A stretch of DNA of 64,000 nt from Christensenella sp. UBA7862. GTDB lineage: Bacteria > Bacillota > Clostridia > Christensenellales > UBA1242. Where the stretch lies: assembly GCA_002500135.1 (NCBI GenBank), contig DLSM01000006.1, forward strand, positions 185,488 through 249,487. Direction: 5' to 3'. The position numbers and the translations under genes are program-made. Below the pieces are notes generated by a model. It saw only the letters and a program-made list of their open reading frames with translations, did not search any database and was not told the DNA's origin. Shown one piece after another: positions 21,080 to 32,000 of this stretch; positions within the stretch are counted from its first letter, which is position 1; each line of letters begins with the position of its first letter.

Positions 21080-22435
21080 ATGGTTCAAATATTCGAGAAA
21101 TATAACAAAATATTTTTTGTTGGCATTGGCGGCATAAGCATGAGCGCTTTGGCAACTTTTTGCAAAAAAAATGGGGCAGAAGTGACGGGCAGTGATAGCA
21201 CGGGGTCAAGCATAACCTCAAACCTCAAAAAGCAAGGGATAAAGATATTTCTAAAACACAAGGCGAAAAACATTGCGGGAGCGAACCTCATTGTCTTTTC
21301 GGGAGCAATTTCAGGGAACAACCCAGAACTGGCGGAAGCACGCAAACTTAACATTCCCACCATGGAACGTTCGGAGTTTTTGGGCAAAATTTGTGAAGGC
21401 TTTGAGCAAGTTATCGCCGTTTCTGGCACACATGGAAAAACAACCACAACAAGCATGATTGCCCACATTTTTATGGTCGCAAATCTAAACCCCACTGTCC
21501 ACGTTGGCGGCATAGAACCACAACTTGGCGGCAACTTACATATGGGCGGAAATAAGTATTTTATAACAGAAGCCTGTGAATTTAGAGATAGTTTTCTCAA
21601 ACTGAAGCCCACCGTTTCCGTTGTGACAAATGTCGAATTTGAACATGTTGATTATTTCAAAACGTTCTCTCGTGAATGTCAATCTTTTTCCCAATTTGCA
21701 AAATTAACAAAGGAAGTCTGTTTTGCCTCAAAATCTGCAAAAAAATGCTTTTTAGACAACAAAAACACCCGTTTTGTTGGGGATAAAACGGGTTTTAATG
21801 TTCAGAACATTGTTTTAAACGATGACGGCAAATACTCCTTTGACTTGTATTGCAAAAAGAAGTTTTTGTGCAATTTCAAACTAAATGTCTATGGAAAATA
21901 TAACATCCAAAATGCACTTTTGGCCATTGCCGTTGCAAGATATTTTGGAATTGACATGAGCATAATTCAACTTGCAATGAAAACTTATGAGCCAGTGCAA
22001 AGACGCTTTGAGCAAATAGGATTTTTTGGCAGCAATATTGTTGTGCAAGACTATGCCCATCACCCAACGGAAATTGCTTGCTCCATAAACACTTGCAAAG
22101 AGGTCTTTGGCAGAAAAATAGTGTGCGTCTTTCAACCACACACCTATTCCAGAACCAAATGCCTAATTGACAATTTCACCAAGTGTTTTGACGGATTGGA
22201 CTCGCTTGTGCTGCTTGAAACATATCCCGCAAGAGAGCGTTTTGAGTATCTTGGCAGTGCCGAATTTTTAAAAAAGAAAATTGAACTGTCAAGCCCCACC
22301 TTTGCCGTTCAAGGAGTGTTCAACTTCAAAGAATTTTTATCTTACATAAAGTTCATGCAAATTTCAAACAGCGTCCTACTCTTTCTCGGAGCAGGGAGTA
22401 TAGAAAAATTGGCACGAGAAATTGTAAAGAAATAG
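21080..22435 (+). CDS. murC: UDP-N-acetylmuramate--L-alanine ligase
   Basis: FVGIGGISMSALA, the P-loop VSGTHGKTTTTSMIA, and a Mur ligase middle and C-terminal layout. Length is 451 aa. Confidence 0.95.
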   Translation: MVQIFEKYNKIFFVGIGGISMSALATFCKKNGAEVTGSDSTGSSITSNLKKQGIKIFLKHKAKNIAGANLIVFSGAISGNNPELAEARKLNIPTMERSEFLGKICEGFEQVIAVSGTHGKTTTTSMIAHIFMVANLNPTVHVGGIEPQLGGNLHMGGNKYFITEACEFRDSFLKLKPTVSVVTNVEFEHVDYFKTFSRECQSFSQFAKLTKEVCFASKSAKKCFLDNKNTRFVGDKTGFNVQNIVLNDDGKYSFDLYCKKKFLCNFKLNVYGKYNIQNALLAIAVARYFGIDMSIIQLAMKTYEPVQRRFEQIGFFGSNIVVQDYAHHPTEIACSINTCKEVFGRKIVCVFQPHTYSRTKCLIDNFTKCFDGLDSLVLLETYPARERFEYLGSAEFLKKKIELSSPTFAVQGVFNFKEFLSYIKFMQISNSVLLFLGAGSIEKLAREIVKK

Positions 22436-22476
22436 AGATGGTCACAATAAATTATCAAAAAGGTAATTTTTAAAAT

Positions 22477-22510
22477 AAAAATATGGCTTGATTACAAGCC
22501 ATATTTTTTT
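22477..22510. terminator. Bidirectional terminator shared by murC (+) and rpmE (-)
   Basis: AAAAATATGGCTTG-ATTA-CAAGCCATATTTTT is a 14-bp stem with A-runs and T-runs on both sides. The right arm is formed by the last rpmE codons. Confidence 0.85.
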
Positions 22511-22695
22511 TGGAATTTTTCAACCTTTCCGCTGGCGTCAACAATTTTTTGTTTTCCAGTGAAGAAAGGATGACATTTGCTGCAAATATCAACTTTGATT
22601 GTTTCGCCTGGTTTTGTAGATCTAGTTTTAAATTTTTCACCACAAGCACAAACCACTTCCACTTCATGGTAATTTGGTTGAATATCTTTGTTCAT
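22492..22695 (-). CDS. rpmE: 50S ribosomal protein L31 (zinc-ribbon type A)
   Basis: [27 protein letters not shown]...[15 protein letters not shown], 67 aa. Confidence 0.97.
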   Translation of the reverse strand: MNKDIQPNYHEVEVVCACGEKFKTRSTKPGETIKVDICSKCHPFFTGKQKIVDASGKVEKFQKKYGL

Positions 22696-22734
22696 TTCGG
22701 CCTCCTACATTTCTTTTCTCTATTGGTCTATGCT

Positions 22735-22763
22735 AGTATAAAACAAAAAGTCAATTAAGTCAA
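22735..22763 (-). promoter_or_regulatory. rpmE promoter
   Basis: On the minus strand: TTGACT (22763-22758), 17 nt, then TATACT (22740-22735). It lies about 40 nt upstream of the rpmE ATG. Confidence 0.65.
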
Positions 22764-22835
22764 CATTTTTTTTTGCCCAAAATGACTTTTCCAAAATGTT
22801 TTTGCGTATTTTTGAATGAAAATGGCAATACTTAT

Positions 22836-22864
22836 TTGACTTTATTTGCAGATATAAATATAAT
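22836..22864 (+). promoter_or_regulatory. Promoter of the SHOCT membrane protein gene
   Basis: TTGACT (22836-22841), 17 nt, then TATAAT (22859-22864). Confidence 0.65.
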
Positions 22865-22937
22865 AAGTATATAAATATAAGTTTGTGACCAAAATACAGA
22901 CGAAAAAGCATAATGTCACATTCTTTGGGGAGGAAAA

Positions 22938-24011
22938 ATGAAAAAAGGCGGTGCAAGAGTTTCTGGAATATTAACATTGCTTCTATCTGTGCTTGTTCTT
23001 CTTTGCACAGTGCTATTTTTAGGCAAAGTATTTTCCATCGCTTTTTTGCAAAACTTACTAGAAAATCAAACTGTCGCCATAATTTATATGGTCTATGACG
23101 CAATATTTGTCATGCCATTTTCGGCCATTCTCAACAACTCTTTTGGTGTAGATTATGACATGGTGCAAAAAATTATGGTATTCTTTAATTTGGCATTTTA
23201 TGCCATTGGTGCCTTTTGGGGAATTAAGGAAATTACACTTGCCAAAAAGACAGACGAAAAATACGCCAAATGCCATCGCACTTGTGCCTTTGCTCTTGTT
23301 ATGAAAATTCTCGTTGTGGTCTATTTCCTTTATGTCTTCACTGGAAGTTTCTACGACCAAACATTCATTGCAACCTTTGACGCAGTGGACATCTATGTCA
23401 CATTCATTCCAAATTTCACTGCAACCCTGAGTGTTGTCCTAGCGGCAATCGCACTTGTATTGTATCTCATTCCACAAATCAGTTTCATTAAAGCCAAAAG
23501 AAAATATCAAGAAGACAAGGACTACGAAGACTTTATGTCCGAGCAAGGCAACGTTCCTGTAGGGCAAGCGGAAGCACAAGACGGGCAATATCAAGAGCAA
23601 AATTATCAATATGACGGGCAGTATCAAAACTCTCAAAATTATAACAACGGCTATACAGAACAAAATTATGTTGACCCAAATGCTCAAGGGCAATATGACG
23701 CAAACTACAATCAAAATGTAAATTACAACCAAGCCCCACAAAACAACTATGGCGGGCAAGGTGTAAATGTTCAAACTCAATATGCCCAGAACACCGTTGA
23801 GCCATTGAATCCTCAAACCTTCACTCAAAACCCAAATAGGTCGGGCGTGAGCATTATTCCAGGGCAAAACGGCGTGCCATATAACATCACTCCAAAGGGA
23901 ATTGAAGACCTAGCGAGACTAGAGCGACTTCGCGCTAGCGGCGCTATCGACGAGCAAAACTATTTTGCAATGCGTAAAAAAGTTTGCCAAATCAACGTGT
24001 CGTCAAACTAA
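22938..24011 (+). CDS. Multi-pass membrane protein with a Q/N/Y-rich linker and a C-terminal SHOCT-like domain (357 aa)
   Basis: Several hydrophobic helices are present. A low-complexity QYQEQNYQYDGQYQNSQNYNNGYTEQNY tract follows. The C-terminus GIEDLARLERLRASGAIDEQNYFAMRKKV resembles the SHOCT motif. The RBS is GGGGAGG. Confidence 0.7.
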   Translation: MKKGGARVSGILTLLLSVLVLLCTVLFLGKVFSIAFLQNLLENQTVAIIYMVYDAIFVMPFSAILNNSFGVDYDMVQKIMVFFNLAFYAIGAFWGIKEITLAKKTDEKYAKCHRTCAFALVMKILVVVYFLYVFTGSFYDQTFIATFDAVDIYVTFIPNFTATLSVVLAAIALVLYLIPQISFIKAKRKYQEDKDYEDFMSEQGNVPVGQAEAQDGQYQEQNYQYDGQYQNSQNYNNGYTEQNYVDPNAQGQYDANYNQNVNYNQAPQNNYGGQGVNVQTQYAQNTVEPLNPQTFTQNPNRSGVSIIPGQNGVPYNITPKGIEDLARLERLRASGAIDEQNYFAMRKKVCQINVSSN

Positions 24012-24048
24012 GATATATAAAAAAAGGGATACAATTTTGTATCTCTTT

Positions 24049-24513
24049 TTAGTTGTCATAAATTCCATAAATCGTAGCACTGTCAAGAACTTTTCCTTGC
24101 ATTTCGCTGTCTAAAAGTGCCTTTGAAAAGTCCCCACGAAGATTAAGGTCACTTTTTAAGGCATAAACAGTCAGCCTATATTTGTGTGGCTTGTCTGGTG
24201 GGCAAGGACCGCCATAACTGTTGTCGTGCCAACTATTTTTCCCTTGAACAAAGTCAAAACAAGTTTCGCTTGCATTCTCTTCAAGTGTTGTGCGGTGCAA
24301 ATTGGCAACCAGCCAATGTATCCACACAAAGTTGCACACTGGCACACTGTCTGGGTCGTCAAAGATAACTACAAAACTCTGCGTCCCCTTTGGTGCGTCT
24401 TCAATTTTAATGGGCAAAGACAAAGTTGGCATGCCAAAGCGTTGTTCACTCCCCCGTTTGCCATATTTGTCCAAAATTTTGCCGTTTACAATTCCGTCAC
24501 TAGATATCTTCAT
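24049..24513 (-). CDS. YbhB/YbcL-family PEBP (Raf-kinase-inhibitor-like) protein
   Basis: FVVIFDDPD...WIHWLV...YGGPCPPDKPHKYRLTVYAL, 154 aa. Confidence 0.85.
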   Translation of the reverse strand: MKISSDGIVNGKILDKYGKRGSEQRFGMPTLSLPIKIEDAPKGTQSFVVIFDDPDSVPVCNFVWIHWLVANLHRTTLEENASETCFDFVQGKNSWHDNSYGGPCPPDKPHKYRLTVYALKSDLNLRGDFSKALLDSEMQGKVLDSATIYGIYDN

Positions 24514-24591
24514 TTTTTCACCAACTATATTATATCACACAAAACAAAGTTTGTTAAGTGCTTCAAAGTATTTTCTTTTTTCATAAAAATT

Positions 24592-26565
24592 ATGTATAAT
24601 ATTTATATGAATACACATGTAATGTTTGACAAATTATCCACAAAAGATTTTGACCAAATATCAATGCTAAAAGTCGTTATCTTCGACTTTGACAACACAC
24701 TTTATGACAACGTTGACTGGGGCAAGGAATGGGCAGAGTTTGTTATAAAAAAGATTGAAGGTTTGCTATCTTTTTTGCCAAAAAACAAGGTCAAAAAACT
24801 TATGGAAAAATATGGCCTGCACAGCACAAACGGACGACTTTTTGAAAAAGCGTTCAAACTTTTTGCGTCTGATGACATTCCTCTTACGACAAAAGACTTT
24901 CGCAACTTGACGGCAACTTTTCTGTATGAACCAGATTGGACTGGTGCAAAAACAATCCCAAATGAACTTTTAAGAGAACTTGCAAAAAAATATAAACTGT
25001 ATATTGTGTCAAACTCAAGCGAAAGCGTCATTCGCTTCGATTGCGAAAAGCTTGGCATAGACACCACAGTTTTTTCGGACATTATCCAAAACCGATTTGA
25101 CCCAAAAGACCTCTCCAAAAAAGCAGACTATCTTGCCGTTATGAAAAGGGAAAACGCAACCGCAGGTGAAACTTTGGTCGTGGGCGACAGCGACTTTTAT
25201 GACATTGACCCAGCAAAAGAAGTCGGCACGCACACCATTTTGCTATGCGGAACATATAACAAATGCCCAAATATGCAGCGGGCGGAAGATATGCAAAATA
25301 AAAATGTGAATAAAACAGAAAACGAGCAAAAAACAAATATACAGAGTGCGGAAAGTGAACAAAACTCCCAAAGTTTGACTAGGAAAGAACCGCTAACCCA
25401 AGTGAATGACTTTAATCAAACGGAAGAAGTTTTATCAGAACTTGAAAAGAAAAACAAGCGAATGATTGCCGCCTTTGCCCCAAGTGTGCGAGTATCCATT
25501 GGGGAAATGTTTGGCGCAAAAGTTGGGCAGAATTTGGAAAAGAAAATTGTCACCGCACTAAAACTTCTCGGCTTTGACGATGTGTTTGATATTGACTATG
25601 GGGCAGACTTGACCATCGTTGAAGAAGCGGAAGAATTTGCACAATTTATGCAAAAAAAGTGGACAACTGATGATGAAAAAGTTAGAAAATCCACATTCTT
25701 CACATCTTGCTGCCCAGCGTGGGTGAAGTTTGTTCAAAAAGCGTTTCCACAATTTAAAGACAGCATTTCAACTTGCAAATCGCCACAAGAAATAACTTCC
25801 ACCATTGCAAAAACTTATTATGCAAAAAAACTCAATTTGAAGGCGGACGACATATATTTTGTTGCCATTATGCCATGTGTTGCAAAGAAGTTTGAAAGAC
25901 TTACAAACAAGTTTGTTACAGATATGGGCGAGCAAAAATGTTACACGGACGCAGTTTTAACTGTTCGAGAGTTTGGCGAAATTTTGAAAAGCAAAAATAT
26001 AAACCTCATAGAACTTGATGACGGAAAATTCGACCTCCCAATGGGTGTATCCAGCGGAGCGGGGGTGATTTTTGGCACTGCGGGCGGTGTTATGGAGTCG
26101 GCACTCAGAACACTTGAAGCAAAGTTTTCAAAGGGGAAAAATATAAAGACAGAAATTCCGGGACTAGAATTTTTGCTTGAAAAAGGGAAGAACGGAATTA
26201 AAGAAGGTGCTGTTCAAATAGCGGGCAAGAATGTAAACATCGCCGTTGCCAGCGGACTTGTCGCAGCGGGAGAACTTTTGCGAGCAATCGCCAGCGGACA
26301 AAAACAATATGATTTTGTGGAAGTTATGGCTTGCTCGGGCGGGTGCGTAAACGGAAGCGGCATGCCACTTTGCACTCTTTCTCAAGAAGCAAAAGAAGAA
26401 CTGGTCGCTCAAAGAGCCATGGGACTAAGAACCAGCGACAAAAAAAATAAGTTGCGAAAATCTATCGACAACCCAGAAGTTGCTGACCTTTACAAAAATT
26501 ATCTTGGAGAGGTGGGCGGAATTAAAGCCCACAAACTTCTTCATACGTGCCATGAACGAGGTTAA
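24592..26565 (+). CDS. Fusion protein: N-terminal HAD-superfamily hydrolase plus a C-terminal [FeFe]-hydrogenase H-cluster domain (about 657 aa)
   Basis: HAD motifs are present: FDFDNTLYD (DxDxT), IVSNSSES and VVGDSDFYD. After an N/Q/E-rich linker comes the H-domain, AFAPSVRVSIGEMFG...GADLTIVEE. The three H-cluster cysteine motifs are FTSCCPAWV, MPCVAKKFE and EVMACSGGCVNGSG. The small-subunit-like tail is NPEVADLYKNYLGEVGGIKAHKLLHT. The start is uncertain (ATG at 24592, 24607 or 24622). The ORF-track start at 24184 overlaps the PEBP gene on the other strand. Confidence 0.8.
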   Translation: MYNIYMNTHVMFDKLSTKDFDQISMLKVVIFDFDNTLYDNVDWGKEWAEFVIKKIEGLLSFLPKNKVKKLMEKYGLHSTNGRLFEKAFKLFASDDIPLTTKDFRNLTATFLYEPDWTGAKTIPNELLRELAKKYKLYIVSNSSESVIRFDCEKLGIDTTVFSDIIQNRFDPKDLSKKADYLAVMKRENATAGETLVVGDSDFYDIDPAKEVGTHTILLCGTYNKCPNMQRAEDMQNKNVNKTENEQKTNIQSAESEQNSQSLTRKEPLTQVNDFNQTEEVLSELEKKNKRMIAAFAPSVRVSIGEMFGAKVGQNLEKKIVTALKLLGFDDVFDIDYGADLTIVEEAEEFAQFMQKKWTTDDEKVRKSTFFTSCCPAWVKFVQKAFPQFKDSISTCKSPQEITSTIAKTYYAKKLNLKADDIYFVAIMPCVAKKFERLTNKFVTDMGEQKCYTDAVLTVREFGEILKSKNINLIELDDGKFDLPMGVSSGAGVIFGTAGGVMESALRTLEAKFSKGKNIKTEIPGLEFLLEKGKNGIKEGAVQIAGKNVNIAVASGLVAAGELLRAIASGQKQYDFVEVMACSGGCVNGSGMPLCTLSQEAKEELVAQRAMGLRTSDKKNKLRKSIDNPEVADLYKNYLGEVGGIKAHKLLHTCHERG

Positions 26566-26567
26566 AC

Positions 26568-26601
26568 AAAAAACGGTGTTGCAAAATGCAACACCGTTTT
26601 T
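26568..26601. terminator. Bidirectional terminator (hydrogenase-fusion gene / metG)
   Basis: AAAAACGGTGTTGCA-AAA-TGCAACACCGTTTTT is a 15-bp stem. Confidence 0.85.
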
Positions 26602-26621
26602 ATATTTTACTTAATAATATT

Positions 26622-28343
26622 TTACTTTTTAAAGAATTCCTTTATATCAAATGGGGTGGACATAAAGTCACGGAGTTCTTTAAGTTTGATGTCGTCAAAG
26701 CGTTCAAAGATTGGTTGTGGGGTGCCGATTGTGTGTGGGGTTGGGATATTAAGTTTGCTTGCGTTTTCCCAGAAATTATTTGATGTTGGGTCGCCAGATA
26801 GCCCCAGTTGGTCTTGCCAAAGTGTTTTTGTTTTTTGTGGAATAAATGGCGAAGCCACAATGCAAAGGCTTGCGCAAAGGTTAAGGGCAAGTCGCAAAAC
26901 TTTTTGTGCTTCGGCAGTTTTTTCTTGTTTCATAAGTGCCCATGGAGCAGATTTTTCCACATAGCCGTTGCCCACTGTTGCATAACTCATAACAAGTTTA
27001 TATGCTTCACGCAGTTCTGCACGTTCAAAGGCGTCAGAAATTTTTTGTGGATATTCTTTTATCGCTTGCAAAACTTCTTTGTCCAAATCGTTAAGTTCAT
27101 TTTCGCTTGGAAGGGGCAAGTCAAGTGTGCCACCGAAATAACTTTTCACCATGTTAAGACTTCTGTTAAATAGGTTGCCAAATTTTCCAACAAGTTCAGA
27201 GTTGCAGTTGTTCTTGTAATCTTCCCACTTGAAGTCTGTATCTCTATTTTCTGGAATAATTGTTGCTAGATATGCTCTTAGTGTGTCGATGTCAATTTGC
27301 TTGGAGCCATCAATAAGCGAATTGCAGAACACGCCAATTTTCTTGCTTTTGCTAAATTTTTGCCCCTCAAAATTAAGGAAGTTTAGCCCAACGACATTGT
27401 GTGCAAGGTTATATTCGCCATTTTCAAGAAGCATTGTTGGGAAGAAAACTGTGTGAAATTGAATGTTGTCTTTGCCCACAAAATTATATATTTTTGCGTC
27501 TTTTTTGCACCATAAATCAATATATTTTTGCTCGTCAAGTTCTTTTGTTATGGAAATGTAGCCGATTGGTGCGTCAAACCAAACATAGAAAACTTTGTTT
27601 TCAAACCCTTCAAGAGGAATAGGGAAGCCCCACTTGTTGTCACGAGAAATACATCTTTCTTTAAGTCCTTCTTGCACCCATTTTTTTGCTTCTGCATAAA
27701 CGTGTGGACGCCAAACATCTTTTTTGCTTTCAATGTATTTGTCAAGCATTTCAGTCCCTTTGTCAAGGCGAAGGAAAATGTGTTTTGTTCTTTTCAAAGT
27801 TGCTGGTCTGCCACAAGTCTTGCATTTGGCGTTTACAAGTTCGCCAGAGGACAAAAGACTGTCGCATTTTTCGCATTGGTCGCCGTTTGCCGCTTCATAT
27901 CCGCATTTTGGGCAAGTGCCAACAACATACCTATCTGGCAAAAACATATTGCAATGGTCGCAATAATACACGTCAGTTTCGCCTTGCGAAATGTAGCCAT
28001 TTTTGTTAAGTGTCAAGAAGAAATCTGTTGTGACTTCTTTGTGAATGTCTGTGTGAGTGTTGGAATATATGTCATAACTAATTTCCAACTTTTCATAAAT
28101 TTGTTTGTGAATTTGGTGTAATTTTTCTGTAAGTTCCTCAACTGGAAGTCCCACTTCTTGGGCGGTGACAAGACTTGGTGTTCCGTGCATATCCGACCCA
28201 CCAACAAATGTTGTGTCATAGCCAAAACTTCTGCAATATCTTGCAAAAATGTCTGCTGGCAGGTGACAACCAACAATGTGTCCCACGTGTGGAATGTTGT
28301 TTACATATGTAAGTGCTGAGGTTATAAGTCGTTTTTCTTTCAT
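26622..28343 (-). CDS. metG: Methionine--tRNA ligase (short form, no C-terminal tRNA-binding domain)
   Basis: The HIGH-type motif is NIPHVGHIVG. The zinc knuckles are CPKCG...CEKC. The KMSKS-type motif is KFSKSK. The start is ATG at 28343, preceded by AGGAG. The ORF-track start at 28397 adds 18 aa. Confidence 0.95.
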   Translation of the reverse strand: MKEKRLITSALTYVNNIPHVGHIVGCHLPADIFARYCRSFGYDTTFVGGSDMHGTPSLVTAQEVGLPVEELTEKLHQIHKQIYEKLEISYDIYSNTHTDIHKEVTTDFFLTLNKNGYISQGETDVYYCDHCNMFLPDRYVVGTCPKCGYEAANGDQCEKCDSLLSSGELVNAKCKTCGRPATLKRTKHIFLRLDKGTEMLDKYIESKKDVWRPHVYAEAKKWVQEGLKERCISRDNKWGFPIPLEGFENKVFYVWFDAPIGYISITKELDEQKYIDLWCKKDAKIYNFVGKDNIQFHTVFFPTMLLENGEYNLAHNVVGLNFLNFEGQKFSKSKKIGVFCNSLIDGSKQIDIDTLRAYLATIIPENRDTDFKWEDYKNNCNSELVGKFGNLFNRSLNMVKSYFGGTLDLPLPSENELNDLDKEVLQAIKEYPQKISDAFERAELREAYKLVMSYATVGNGYVEKSAPWALMKQEKTAEAQKVLRLALNLCASLCIVASPFIPQKTKTLWQDQLGLSGDPTSNNFWENASKLNIPTPHTIGTPQPIFERFDDIKLKELRDFMSTPFDIKEFFKK

Positions 28344-28397
28344 ATTTTCTCCTATTTTATATTTTATACTTTCCGCTTGTAGCATGAGATGTAGCAA

Positions 28398-28856
28398 TTA
28401 TCTTTTGCAGTCGGACGAGTCAATAATTATTGTTATTGGTCCATTGTTTTTGACGTCAACATGCATCTCTGCTCCAAATATTCCTGTGTTAATTTTCTTA
28501 AAAACCTTTTGTTCCTCGCAGCGGGAAACAAATTTGTCAATCATAATTTTCGCCTCTTGCGGAGGCATGCTTTCAAAAAAGGCTGGGCGGAAGCCATGAG
28601 AAGTGTTGGCATACAAAGTGAAGTTGCTAATGACCAAAAGTTCTGCCCCTATGTCTTTTGGAGCGAGGTTCATTTTGTCATTTTCATCACAAAATATTCT
28701 AAGCCCGCAAATTTTACGCACAAGATATTCAAGGTCTTTGTCTGTGTCGCCTTTTTTGACCCCAACAAAGCACACGAAGCCGTTTCCAATTTTTCCAACA
28801 ACATTGTCGCTGACTGTAACTTGTGCTTCGTGACATCGCTGAACAACTGCTCTCAT
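28398..28856 (-). CDS. dtd: D-aminoacyl-tRNA deacylase
   Basis: MRAVVQRCHEAQVTV...SNFTLYANTSHGFRPAF...GIFGAEMHVDVKNNGPITIIID, 152 aa. It lies 54 nt upstream of metG on the same strand. Confidence 0.93.
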   Translation of the reverse strand: MRAVVQRCHEAQVTVSDNVVGKIGNGFVCFVGVKKGDTDKDLEYLVRKICGLRIFCDENDKMNLAPKDIGAELLVISNFTLYANTSHGFRPAFFESMPPQEAKIMIDKFVSRCEEQKVFKKINTGIFGAEMHVDVKNNGPITIIIDSSDCKR

Positions 28857-29064
28857 ATTCCCTCCATTATACGGCTATTATACACCGAGATTAAAATTTT
28901 TCAAACACTTTTTTGCCATTGCACCTCGTTTTGGGCGAAAAGTGGAACAAAATTGCGAAATTGTGCGTAAAATTGAATTTTTTGTTTTGAAAGAATAACA
29001 ATATATTATATAATAACTTTAATTTATGGGCTTGTTTTTGTAGCAAAATTTATATGGTGGGAAA

Positions 29065-32000
29065 ATGAAAAAGAAACTTTTATGTCTTTTGTTTGTGCTG
29101 CCGCTCGTGTTTGCATCAATATTCATGCTGTCCTCTTGCTCTTGCAGTGAGGAGCGGTTAAGTTCTATCACGCTTTCTCTATCGGGGCAAGATGTTACGC
29201 CAACGGGCAAAAACACTTGGACGGTCCTCAAACGAAACAAGCCTTATCAGGTGGAAGTGAAAATAGTTCCAGACAAATACACTGCCGAAGACCTAACTTG
29301 GAAATGTTCGCCAAGCAATGTCGCCACAATAACTTCTCGTGGGGCGTTGTCGGCAAAAAGTGAAGGCTGGGCAGATGTTTCGGCGCAATACAAAAACTCA
29401 AACGGCGAACTTGTATATTATGCGATAAAAGTTTATGTTTCTGAAACCAAGTTGCCAAGTTTTTCCTCAAGTGATGTAGATTTAACTTACGAGGGCATGA
29501 ACCTTTTGGAAAGTGAAAGTGCCACAAAACTTGTGCCAAACAACATGAGTGACAATTATGAGTGCAAATATTATGAAATTTCCACAATCAATGGCAAAAA
29601 AACAGTTGTTGAAACAACTGAAATTGTGAACGCTGGTGAATATGTTGTGGAATGTACAAGACGCTCGACCCAAACTTTAATTTGCAGTTTGAATGTCCAT
29701 GTTTTGCCAGCCGCTATTCCAACCTTGATAGACGTTCCAAATGTAACAAGCGTCTATGGCGATGAAAGTTTTGACAAAGTCTTTGCAAATGGTGACGAAG
29801 TTGACTTTGAAAACGGCACGTTACTATTTGGCATTGGGGCAGACAGTGACAGAGAAATTGGCAAATGTGTTTTTGTAACAAAGGCAACACTTACAAGCGG
29901 GGTCGGAAGTTACGCAGTTGAAACACAAGTTAAATATTCCACCGAGCAAGACGAAAAGAACTATAAGTTTGTTTACACAAAAGGAACCCACACAATTACT
30001 CCAAGAAAACTTGCAGTGAAAGTGCTTAATAAGACAATTTCCTATGGTGAGGAAATTGATAGAATTGAATATGAACTTTATGACAACAAAGAATACATAG
30101 AAAATGGCAACTCGTTTGACGGCTTGAACAAAATTTCAAGCAGCCTTGTGTCCTATGCACAAAATATCTCGTCATCAAGTTTTGTCCTTAAAATTGGAAA
30201 CAAAACCGTGGCGAAAAACGCATACAATCAATATGACGTTTTGTGGAATGAAGATGTTGTTGCAGAATATGACCTTGTGGCAAACTTTGTGTGCAGCGGC
30301 AATGTGCAAGTGGAAAACTCGTCACCCAGCAAACTTAAAATTAACCCAAAAGACATAACAGTCACCCCAACTTCAAGAAGCAAAATCTATGGCGAAAAAG
30401 ATGAGGCGGAATATTACACGGGCAGTTATTCAAGTGGTGTTGTTGACGAAAACGAAATTGTGCCATTTGTGTTTGTCAGTTTTAATACAACACTTAATCT
30501 TGGCGAAGGGAATATGCTTGCCCCAGTTGGAACATATTATTATTCCATCGACAACACAAAAAACAAAAACTACAATTTCACCCTCACCTCGGACGCAAAG
30601 CCTACATCGACGGGTGCAAGAATTGTTTATGAAGTGACACCTGTGGAAATTGTTTTGCAGTTTAAAGACGTGTCGGACGTTTATTACATAGCAACGGAAA
30701 ACGTGGGACTTGACGGTGACGGATACATCCTTGAAAAGGTGGAAATCCTTGTCGTGTCTGAAGAACTGGTGGCTCAAAATGAAGACTGCTCACAAGTCTT
30801 CACAGACGGCAAACTTTCGCTTGTCGGTGATGATAAAATGGAGTTTAGATTTAGGCTTGACGAAGTGGCAAACAGCGATAAGAATAGTTATAAGAAATTT
30901 AAACTTGCAATGAGAGAATACACCTTCTCAGACGCAAATTCTAAAAAGGAAAATTATAGAGTAACGCTTAGAGATTCCTACATCACAACAAAGCGAGAAA
31001 AGTTGACCGTTACGCCAAATATAAAGCCATATTTTGAAACTGGCTACACTGCAACAAGAGTTTATGATGGCACAAATGTAACGCTTGATGACGAATTCTA
31101 TAAATCTTTCACCTTGAAAGGCAACTTCATAAACGGCGAAACTGCACAAGACGTTTTGCCACAAGATACAAAACTTCTCACTTTGCAAAGTGACGGGCAG
31201 TATGTAAAAGCGCTTCCTTCGGGTGAAATTTTGGTCGGGGAAATGAAAGACTGCGGCAAATATAAAATTATGCTTGACGGCACCGTCACAGTCAATGCTG
31301 GAATGGAACATTATGAACTTGTGTTTGACACTTCAAGGACCTACTTCTTTGAAATCACTCAAAAACAAGTGCATGTAACACTAAACTCAAGTACAACTGT
31401 CACAATAGACGGTGTTCCATATCCTTCCATTTCAAAAATCTATGGGCAAGACGACCCAGTGTTTGAATTCAAAGTTTTGGAAGAAATAACGGGCAGCGGC
31501 TCGGGAACTCTCGGCAGAACAAGAACGGGCAAAGATAGCGAAGTTGTTGGAAATTACACTTTGTCCTTGGGCGATGTGAGTTTGGGTGAAAACTATTCAG
31601 TTGTGCTTGACACTTGCTACCTCGTCATCTTGCCAAGAGAAGTTTTAGTTACGCCTACAAGCCCAGTTGTAACTTACGGCTCAGACATTGAACTCAATCA
31701 ATATTCTTATGAAATCTCTCACTCTGTTCCATTTGACGAAAATTTGACAAATATCCCAACCTTTGCGGGAATGTTTATTTTGCAAAAAGACGATGAAAAC
31801 GTTACAAGAAAAACATGCTACAAAGTTGGAACTTATGACATCGCACAGGGAACTTTTGATTGCACTTCAAGCAACTACACATTAACTTTTGTTTCGGGTT
31901 CAACCTACACAGTTAATGCTAAAAAAGCAGTGTTAGACATTTTGCCAACTTCCAATGCGGACAAAAATTCTACTCCAATTCAAAATGCAACGCTTGGGGA

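Noticed and set aside
22720-23103. 127-aa minus-strand ORF overlapping the rpmE promoter region and the start of the SHOCT gene
   Set aside because: It spans two promoters and overlaps a better-supported gene. It has no RBS and no recognisable motif.
24184-24591. Upstream 136 codons of the 793-aa ORF (hydrogenase fusion)
   Set aside because: They are antisense to the well-supported PEBP gene (24049-24513) and have no domain content. The HAD domain begins after 24592.
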